Assembly (NCBI RefSeq): GCF_001447785.1
Contig: NW_015165235.1
Location: forward strand, 1,800,717 to 1,864,716
Length of the DNA: 64,000 bases
Direction: 5' to 3'
Source of the DNA: Gekko japonicus
Taxonomy: Eukaryota
The translations under genes were made by a program, and so were the position numbers. How positions within the stretch are numbered: the stretch's first letter is position 1; the number at the start of each line of letters is the position of its first letter. The notes below the pieces were generated by a model, which saw nothing but the letters and a program-made list of their open reading frames with translations, was not told where the DNA came from and did not search any database. Positions 24,301 to 31,885 of this stretch are shown here, in pieces.

Positions 24301-27242
24301 TGGCAAAGTGGCACATCATTGCACATCCTGTGAACTTTGCAATCTTTCTTGAGTGGAGGACTAGTGGGAAAGGGACTACTTAACCATTTATTCTACTTAA
24401 AGTCGACATCCCACACTATTTCCCTCCACACCAGGAGAAGACAGGCAAAACTGCATCTCTCCCCCCCACCACCAGTATGAAAGCAAGTAGTGGGGGCAAG
24501 CGCCCAAGGGGAAAAGATTAAGCATTTCCTCTCCACCTCAGGGCTGCAGCCTCATACAACTGTTTTTCGTTTGAAAGGAAGCTGGGTCAAAGTTAACCCA
24601 TTTTTACACCATATCTGAGCCTCAGTCAAAGCTTATCTACAGACTAGCTGTGCTACGTGTCTGAATACGTTTTATTCAGATAGATGTGTACACCACCTTT
24701 CCCTCCCCAATGGGGACACAAAGCTGCCTACATAATCACTTCTCCCTCCTGAATTTTATCTTCACAACAACCACCCTGTAAGGTAGGTTAGACTGAGACA
24801 GTGACTGGCCCAAAGTCACCCCTGCAAGCTACGATGGCAGAATGGGGATTTGAACCCAAGTCTTGATGGCAGAATAGGGATTTGAACCCGAGTCTCTCAG
24901 ATCCTACTCTGACATCTATGTGAGAAAAATTTACTTATGTTCAATCTCTGACACCTATGTGAGAAAAATTTACTTATGTTCAATAAGCTTCTGTTCACAG
25001 CCTGGTTCCTAAACACAAGATCTCCCAATTACTAACAGTGCAATCCTAACAGTGCTTTGAAATGACTGAGCTTAGACTGGAGTAATTCTCCTTAGGACTG
25101 CACTGCAAATGACTAAAGCTCACAGGGGAAACCGTCACCTCCGGCAAGATGAAGTGCCCTCCTCCACACTGGGCTTCAATTAGAGGCAGCTCTCCTACAG
25201 ATCCATTTCATTTTTTAAAAAGTGGGACAGCCAATGATGGATCTCCTGCCTGATTTTCATTTTTGTAGATCAAGATGCGTAGCCACATTAGTCTGTTCGT
25301 AGCAGTAGAAAAGAGTAAGAGTCCAGGAGCACCTTAAAAACTAACAAAATTTGTGGCACAGCGCTGCCTCTTCGGCTTTGAAACGGAGATGAACACCGCA
25401 ACCCTAGAGTCGGATTCGACTGGCTTTCGAGCAAGGGAACCTTTGCTATGAGCTTTCATGAGTCACTGCTCAGTTCTACAGATAACTGGAGAACTGAGCA
25501 GTGACTCATGAAAGATCACACCCTGCCACAAATTTTGTTAGTCTTTAAGGTGCTACTGGAGTGGACTCTTGCTCCATTTATTTTTGTGAAGGAACATCCT
25601 GCAAGCAGTGCTTTTAAATCCTTTCTGTCTCAGTCGTCCACCTGCACAGAATGCATGAGGATGAATGTTTGTGGATGTGCAAAGGATCAGTTGCACATAC
25701 CCTTCTGACTGGGCTGCGGTTTTTGCAAGAAATCTCCTTGGGAACAATCTCCACGGATTTCAGTGGGGCAATTCAAAACTACAGCCCTGCAGCTGGTACC
25801 ACATGCCCAGTACGCAAACCCAATCAATAAGTGAACCACACAATTTCTTTATTTCATTTGTACTCCGCCTTTCTCCCCAAAGCAGCTTACGTTGCTCTCC
25901 TTTCTTCCTCCATTCTATCCTCACAACAACCCTGTGAGGTAGGTTGGGCTGGCAGAGTGGGACTGGCCCAAGGTCACCCATAGCACCAGTGGGGATTTGA
26001 ACTCGGGTCTCCCAGGTACTAGTTCCATACCCTTCACCACCACACCAGCTTTACACTGCAACCCTAACTAGAGTTGTTGTTCAGTCACATAGTCGAGTCG
26101 GACTCTTCGCGACCCCATGGACCACAGCACGCCAACTAGAGTTACACAATTCTAAACCCACTAATTCGAGAGGGGCCTAATTCCTCTTAGAACTGCGCTG
26201 TCCATCTCATACAGCCCCGTCAGGGCAGTTTTCCCGACCGACAGCCTTTCCGAAGCGGCCCCCGGTCCTCGGCCATACCTTGCCCATCCATCCGGTGCAC
26301 CTTGATCGTCACCTCAGTCCGGCCTCCTCGCTCCAGCGGCCGTCGGAGGTAGAGTCGGCCGGAGCCTCTGTCCAGCTCCACCGGGAAGGCGCCCACGGCC
26401 GCCGGGGAGAGCAGCTCGAACCAGCTGCCTTCGCCGGCCTCCTCCTGGTAGACAGCGTCCGGGACGGTGAAGATGGGCTCCCCAAGCGGCGCCCCGACGG
26501 GGACGCGCACCTTGTAGAGGGGGCTGCTGGAGGGCGAGAGGGAGCGGCGGGCTCTGCGCCGCGACGGGGCGGCCTCCTCCTCCTCCTCTCGCCTCCTCCT
26601 CCTCCCGACGGCCAGCTCGAGGCGCCTGGCGGGGCTCCACAGGGGCCGAGGGACGCCGTGGTCCCGGGCGGAGACCCAGAGGCTGAGGCGGCGCTCGCCC
26701 AGCAGGGAGCCCACGGCCAGCACCTGCCCGCTGCGCGGCACCACGAAGAGGCGCTGCCCGCGGCGGCCGCAGCCCTCGGACCAGGCGCGGTAGGTGAGGC
26801 GCGCGTTGGCCCCTTCGTCGGCGTCCAGGGCGTGCAGGCGCGCCACCTCCGAGCCCAGCGGCGACAGCTCGTCCACCGCCAGCGGCGGCCCCGGGCTCGG
26901 CGGGAAACGAGGCCGGTGGTCGTTGCGGTCCAGGACCCGCAGGAGGAGCAGCACCGCCCGGGAGGGACCCCGCAAGGAGAGCCGGTAGCCGGCCCGCGCC
27001 TCCCGGTCCAAGCGCGCCGCCGTGCGCAAAAGCGCCGCGCCCGACGCCGGACGCAGGTGCAGGACGAAGCGAGAGGCCCCCTCGCCCTCCAGCGCCCACT
27101 CGCCCAGCGGCTGGCCCGGCGGGAGCAGCGGCACCCTCAGCCCCCGCACCCACGTCCCCGGAGGGCTGTTCTCCGGCACCTGCCCGTGGAAGCAGAGCGC
27201 GCCGGGGGCGGCTGCCGGAGGGGGGCCCCCCGAGCCCCTCAT
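220..27242 (-). CDS. Neural-cadherin-like (type III / DN-cadherin / Hz-cadherin-like) gene, 5' portion; continues past the left edge
   Basis: 12 distinct GT-AG exons in consistent phase encode successive cadherin EC repeats (PE, LDRE/DYE, DxND, DxD motifs). More than five repeats with no TM segment yet, and an RRARR|S furin site after two N-terminal repeats. Cadherin identity is strong; the subtype is inferred. Confidence 0.85.
882..1049 (-). CDS. Cadherin exon 12 (168 nt)
   Basis: TFQINRYIIATDGGNRSSSVELSVTVTNVLNQLPQWEKSVYWVTIPENTVRDTKIV. Confidence 0.9.
1162..1334 (-). CDS. Cadherin exon 11 (173 nt)
   Basis: YFLREDTPVGTSFLRVAAHDDDQGVNAVIMYSMLQQEPEYFQINPTSGWIYVNHLLSQ. Confidence 0.92.
1738..1908 (-). 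CDS. Cadherin exon 10 (171 nt)
   Basis: GVITTTRSFDREKQKEFTLSVTATDQAQEPLIGVCQITVCIADVNDNDPKFESSRYQ. Confidence 0.92.
2046..2327. mobile_element. Fully palindromic MITE, PIF/Harbinger-like
   Basis: Arms of about 135 bp fold around a short loop; TIR GGG(C/G)GATTTCGCACTAGAG; 3-bp TSD TCA. Confidence 0.85.
2791..2959 (-). CDS. Cadherin exon 9 (169 nt)
   Basis: [56 protein letters not shown]. Confidence 0.93.
3029..3114. mobile_element. Palindromic mini-MITE of about 85 bp, representative of a family with about 10 copies in the window
   Basis: CAGTGCAA.CC.AAG...CCCATTGAAGTCATGGG...AGGATGGCACTG. Confidence 0.7.
3347..3519 (-). CDS. Cadherin exon 8 (173 nt)
   Basis: GILRLRRNPLPKLKGPQYVLNVSAIDDNSSGGPRSLSSFAEVVVGINDANNNKPVFRE. 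Confidence 0.92.
4532..5186. mobile_element. Non-autonomous hAT element (second copy at 6655-7280)
   Basis: Termini TAGGGATGCGCAC / GTGCAAACCCCTA; perfect 8-bp TSD TATAAAAC. Confidence 0.85.
5305..5447 (-). CDS. Cadherin exon 7, copy B (143 nt)
   Basis: Same exon with GNEEGNF instead of GDEEGNF; CAG/GTAGG intact. Confidence 0.8.
5809..6467. other. Assembly gap (others at 8083-8275, 43059-43261, 48167-48485)
   Basis: N runs. Confidence 0.99.
7399..7541 (-). CDS. Cadherin exon 7, copy A (143 nt, phase 2-1)
   Basis: YRTFLSEDAGPGTLVATIHAKDPDGDGVLYLITGGDEEGNFELERHR; read manually (not in ORF track); fills the phase gap between exons 6 and 8. Confidence 0.8.
7918..8407. mobile_element. Non-autonomous hAT element (spans an N-gap)
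   Basis: TIR CAGGGGTCATTT; TSD CTTAAACC/CTAAAACC; same family as 34950-35359. Confidence 0.8.
9477..10980 (-). mobile_element. CR1 LINE remnant (ORF2 RT, frameshifted, internally deleted, with 3' tail)
   Basis: KSPGPDGIHPRILKEL, PGNYRPVSLTS, QHGFCK..CLTNLLEFF, IYLDFQKAFDKV; (TTCTTATG)-like tail near 9480. Confidence 0.93.
11053..11302 (-). CDS. Cadherin exon 6 (250 nt)
   Basis: VLATDCDSGSNSEV...LNFERENHMYEFVVIAVDKGHPPRTGTASVRIHMTNVNDEAPVFSQAV. Confidence 0.93.
11483..12030. mobile_element. CpG-rich MITE with Harbinger-like termini
   Basis: Imperfect TIR GGTCCCGGTCACACGG vs GGCCCTGTTCATACGG (reverse complement of right end). Confidence 0.55.
12306..12671. mobile_element. hAT-like MITE with internal hairpin of about 50-bp arms; relative at about 59562-59892
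   Basis: Ends CAGAGTTGCCA / TGGCAACCCTA; hairpin at 12414-12517. Confidence 0.7.
12857..12968 (-). CDS. Cadherin exon 5 (112 nt)
   Basis: VIVHITDENDCSPEFQQSIYSRENILESIPVGTSLLQ. Confidence 0.92.
13877..14081 (-). CDS. Cadherin exon 4 (205 nt)
   Basis: VAVVEAVSFQNQPLSYTLLMNPSGLFSMGPGTGELSLTRTVDYESEHHLY...VAE. Confidence 0.92.
15058..15283 (-). CDS. Cadherin exon 3 (226 nt)
   Basis: GGEERFDVDTDTGVVLTTGLPLTPDREYVVTVLAIDEYG...PPQFTNTSYSVFVPENTPADEK. Confidence 0.92.
16815..17009 (-). CDS. Cadherin exon 2, duplicate copy B (195 nt)
   Basis: Same exon with T->A change (ISYARIA); splice sites intact. Confidence 0.7.
17710..17904 (-). CDS. Cadherin exon 2, copy A (195 nt, phase 1-1)
   Basis: DSDWYLCRVVIIAVEEEPISWEMHPYPYLASVDPEAQEGTFVYQLSAR...ISYARIT. 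Confidence 0.85.
21024..21416. mobile_element. Composite hAT-like MITE with internal repeats GCAGGAACTCATTAGCATAATAGGCCACACCC
   Basis: TIR CAGGGCT(C/A)TTTTTG; repeats on both strands. Confidence 0.65.
25275..25574. mobile_element. Penelope-like inverted terminal palindrome interrupted by a Sauria SINE 3' fragment (25358-25444)
   Basis: Inverted arms GCACCTTAAA(A/G)ACTAACAAAATTTGTGGCA and TTTCATGAGTCACTGCTCAGTTCT; the insert matches 57926-58012. Confidence 0.65.
26076..26133 (-). mobile_element. BovB/RTE LINE 3' tail, 5'-truncated
   Basis: Reverse complement TGGCGTGCTGTGGTCCATGGGGTCGCGAAGAGTC...GAACAACAAC; 10-bp TSD AACTAGAGTT. Confidence 0.75.
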
Positions 27243-27480
27243 CCTTCCCGCGGCCACCCCAGCCAGCCCGAGCCCGCCACACTGCTCCGCTCCGCCGGCC
27301 CCCAACTCCCGGGCAGCTCGGCCGACTCCACGTGGGGGGCGGGGCCCGAGCACGCCCTCTTTCCATAGCCCACCAATCGGGAGAGAAGGGGCGGGGTTGA
27401 CCGGGGACCCGCCCGCGTTCTGTGCCCTTCAGTTGTCCTGGACGTTTGGGCAGCTGCGCTCTCGGCGGTTCCACGGCCGG
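26220..27480. promoter_or_regulatory. CpG island over cadherin exon 1 and its promoter
   Basis: Very high GC and CpG density against an AT-rich background. CCAAT 27373-27377, GC boxes 27335-27344 and 27388-27396, E-box CACGTG 27329-27334. Confidence 0.85.
26279..27242 (-). CDS. Cadherin exon 1 (GC-rich; two EC repeats, furin site, third degenerate repeat); start codon uncertain
   Basis: FHGQVPENSPPGT..RLDREARAGY..VLDRNDHRPRF..LHALDADEGANA..RRRARRS; AGGATGA start with A at -3; donor G|GTATGG. Confidence 0.85.
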
Positions 27481-30400
27481 ACCATCCATTCTTGGGCGAT
27501 TCCCCTGGTCAGAGAACTTTATTTCCACCAAAGAGGATGCTGTCCAAGCGTCAGGGAGAGCGTGCCTGGAGGAGGATTCCAACTATCCCTCGTGTTTTCT
27601 ACCTGCCTTCGCACTTTTATGCTGCCTTTCAAGATCTCCATCGTTCGGTTCTGTTTTATCCTCGCACACCAGATGAGTTAGGTTGAGAGCCTGACCGACC
27701 CAAGAGCAAAGCAGTGCTCCAGCTGTGGCAGCACACGCACCTGGCCCTAGTGTGGTACAGGGGTCAGAGCAAGAGACCCGAGTACTAGAATGTGTTCAGT
27801 TTCTAAAAGGTTACTAGAAAAGCAAATAAGAGAATACCTGCTGGGTGCTGTTTGCTATGGGTCTCATTTATTGCAATATTACTCGGGATCTTCTTAAAAG
27901 GAACAGTTTCAGTATGCCCCAAAGAATGCTCACATTCTTAGAACACAGCCAGTTTGTGGGATAAATCGAACCAGCCTTTCTGCTGGTGAGAGGGTATCTT
28001 TTGACCACCAAAACCACTATGCTGGGGATCATGGACCAAAGGCAGGGGCATAGAATAAGGAGGGGAAATAGGTGTGATTGAATGAAAATGCTAGCTGGAT
28101 CCAGCCCCTTATATTCCTCTACAAATCAGTTCATTGTTAACTTTAAATTGCTCAGCCAAAAATCTCTCAGACCAAATCAGGGGAGTAAGATAAGCAGCTC
28201 TTTCATACATCCAGCAATCAGAATCAAGAGAATTGTTTAATTTATAGTGAAGCAAAGGATATATAAGGGAAATGTTTCTGTTTATGTCTTAGGTTCAACT
28301 CCAGAGATCATTCAGGTGTTTCTCCAAGATCCTGGTTCCAGTGCAAAACTTCATCTATGGGTTCTATTTAGTCCTTTGGGATACTAAATTTGGTGCTGCT
28401 TCTGACAAAGCAATGGAGAGCCACAGGTGTTAAGTATTTCTGAAGTACAATAACATCCTGAACTCCTTGGAGGAAAGACTGGATAAAAATATACTAGAAA
28501 TATAGAAACTGGTCTAAAGGTTGTGTTTCTTGGTGCCCACTTGCTTCTTCCGTAGAGCAGGGAGCCAGTCCTGGATTTCTTCCACCTCAGGTGCTTCAGA
28601 AGACCACAGAAGGCATCACCTTTGGGTCTGTGTAGGGGGCACCCCTTCAGAAACAGTTGCCCCCCCATCATAGGAGGGTGCTTGGCCTGGAACCTCCCCA
28701 TGTGTTATTAGCCATGCCCCCAGCAGTTTTTGTAATGAGATGAGACCATCAGCTCAGTAAGTTTGGGAACCCCTGCTCCACACATTCTATTGTAGATTTT
28801 AACATACAAAAACAAAAAAACAACTGTACGCCAAGTGAAGGTTTTTGCTTGTTTCTTTAATAAAAAGTTCCCAAGGCACATTTTCCAAGTGGATTACAAC
28901 ATCAACATCCAGAGGTGTGAACAACTGTCAGTCTTTTCCTTAGGGCTACATTTATTTCTCCTTCCCCCAGAAACATAAAATGTATGATAAATAACTAAAT
29001 AAGGGTGCTGCTTACAAAAATTCTACATTTTAAAACCTCTAAAGTCTTCAGGGCACACCAGGAAAACTGCTGTATTTTACAGATGTGATCAAATCATTCT
29101 CTCTCACACACAGATTTCTCTCCCACCCCTTTCCTTTCTGGCTACTCAACAGCCAGCATAACAGCCATTTTAGAGTTTGCTTCAGTTGCTTTTGGGGAGA
29201 TTAAAAAATACTAGCACTATTTCAAAAATTCTTGCTCTCTGGCTAGCAACCCCAGTAAATTCATCTTCTTTCCCTGAAACTTGTTCTCTGAAGTCTCACA
29301 ATTCCATGTTGTAGTAACTCTCACAACTCCATGTTGTAATAACTCTCCAAAGCTGAAAACAAACTTGAAATCCTTCAAATTTCAATGCATTTTCAGACCC
29401 CCCCCCCAAAAAAAAATTCAAAGTGATGCAGTCAGTAAAATCACTACAGGCATGACAGTAAGGCCCAAGTGTTACAGTAAAGCTTAGATGAGAGAAAAAT
29501 GGAAGAGCCATATCAGAAAAAGATTAATCTTCTGTATGTAGAATTTCAGTGATTCACAGAGAGCCAAATAAGTGTTACATGAATCTCCAAATATGACCTG
29601 CACTCATCACTGAAGTAATACTCAAAAATGAAGCCCTTTACAGGAGCTAAAATACTGCATTCTGAATGACACTACCAGGTTTGTCACAGCTAAGCCAACA
29701 GGTATGAAAAGAATCAATGAAGGGCTAGAGACTGATGCACAGGGTACTAGTCTATACCTGCCAATGACATTCTGTTAGAGCCTATCAGAGTGGACCAGAT
29801 GCATCATTTCTATGGGGTCTGAAAGCCCATTGAAATGAAAGGGGATCGCCCAGCAGAAGTTCCTGGCTGATAGGGACTGGGGGGGTTATTTTTAATAAAA
29901 GGTCAAAAAGCAACCATTTATATCAGTACGCCTTACTATCAGATGTAAAAAAAGTTAAATTTCCCCTGCAGTAGCACAAGACAAACCACATCTGCTATAC
30001 TTTACTGCAGCAGCAAAAGCAATTCAGTGCAGAGGCAGAAACTTACTAGAATAGTCTGAAAGGTCTACCACATAACACGTACACACACACCCCTACCTTA
30101 CTGAAACAAATGGACCTCAAAGCTACTTCTGTTGTAAGGCAAATCACAAACCCACTATGATTAAAATTCTACAGATTGTTTTAGGCTATTTCCCTTTCCC
30201 TCCATGGTGAGAGTTCTTCAAGCTCAGTTTAACAACCATTAAAACACTTGATCAGAAACACTTACCAACCATGAATTATTTTTCAAAACCTTGCATTCGA
30301 GTTGTTTGACTGGCATATACATGCACCACTGATCAAACACTACACAAAATGCATGTGATAGAAGTACACATACTCAGTTTTTTAATATGTACATATGTTT

Positions 30401-31720
30401 TGCTGCCCATGGCTCCTCTCTCATTTACGTATGACAGATGCATAATGTCTGAAGAGGAATTCAGTTCTTGTCTTTGGATAAAATGCCTTCCTGCAAAGTA
30501 TCCAGGGAATGTTTTCCAAACCTTCACTTAAAGGAAAAATGCTTCAGTTTGTTTAAGGACTGCAGGAACAAACTCAGAGGGAAAAACAAGCGACAGATGC
30601 CGAAGAGAACAAGAGGAACAGAAAAAGATACCAAATTAATATACCGTACTTTTAATTTATTTTAAAATAACCAAGCATGCAGCTATTAGCTTGGTTTTGC
30701 AGTGTGTGGATTTTTAAACCCCAATTCACCAAAAAATATTTTAGCAAGGCTAACAGGGCCAGTTGGTAAATGCAACTGGTCATGGGTCAAGCAGGCACAC
30801 AGTTCCATGAAGTAGCTGAAATCCACAAAATCTAGGTCCTCTTCTTGTTTGGAGAATGAACCATCTATTTATTACAACTTGCAGGTCTCCAAAAAAACAC
30901 GACCTGGAATAGAATTATTCATATAGGGGAAAAAATCAGACATTTGCCAGCTCTTACGGAGGACATTTTTAATATTAAAAGGATGCATAATCTGCTGTAT
31001 TTATTTATTTCACAGGATACAATCACACCCCATTAAAAATCCATGAGAGCTACCAATGTCTTGAACAGCCAGTAGACTGCAGCCACCAGCCACACCTAAG
31101 AAAAGTCAGGTAAAGAGAGTGCTCACCCACCTCCACCATGACCCTACTGTGATTCATCAGCCAAACAAATCCAAGCCAAACTGCTTTTTAAAACTTCCCT
31201 GAATTTAAAAAAGCAGTTTAGTAGGAGCTTGGAGTAGCTGCAAAAAGAGACATCCCCCCTACACAAAAGGCCTCCAGAAATATGTGCATAGTGTCAGGAT
31301 CATGCTCTGTATGTTCACATGTCACTTATTTTGCATTTATCAGAGTAAATAGGTCTAGTTAAAAATACAGTTAATTGCTTTAACATTGAAAACAGAGCAA
31401 CAATGTGCACAAAAATAAGGTTATTACAACTAAGATGTCAATAAGAGGTATTCGAAAATGTGGAAGACTGTTGTTATCTTGCAACGTTGATCAGTATTTT
31501 CCAAGGTCCTGGAGCATGTTTCTCCGTCTTGCTATACAACACTCAGTCTGCAGTATTCCAGTTGGGTCAATTTGTAGGCATTTGCATGTTCTCACTTGGT
31601 GTGTGTGTCTATATTCATATATGCAATATAGAAAAAGAACACTTTGTAAAATGACCTCATCCCATTTTTAGAATTTTGCCCCCTAAAGTCAGTCTTCAAC
31701 AAGAAGGTCTCCGTGACTTC

Positions 31721-31885
31721 TCAGGACTGGAAGGATATAACAGTGTTGATTTTATATACAAAGTAGGACCTGTTCCAATATACTCGAGTGAAGTAATTCA
31801 CATATGGAGAATAGTTCATTTTAATCTCCTGACAAAATCGTCCATATTTTGAATAGCCATAGCTGTCACCTTCTTCGCAATACAC
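31721..31885 (-). CDS. DPY19L4: DPY19L4 exon 19, last coding exon (165 nt incl. TGA)
   Basis: [54 protein letters not shown]. Confidence 0.96.
   Translation of the reverse strand: MYCEEGDSYGYSKYGRFCQEIKMNYSPYVNYFTRVYWNRSYFVYKINTVISFQS

Noticed and set aside
26280-27681. Long overlapping ORFs (362 aa +, 422 aa -, 219 aa +) in the CpG island
   Set aside because: Stop-poor shadow frames of GC-rich cadherin exon 1; low-complexity R/G/P/A with no domain motifs.
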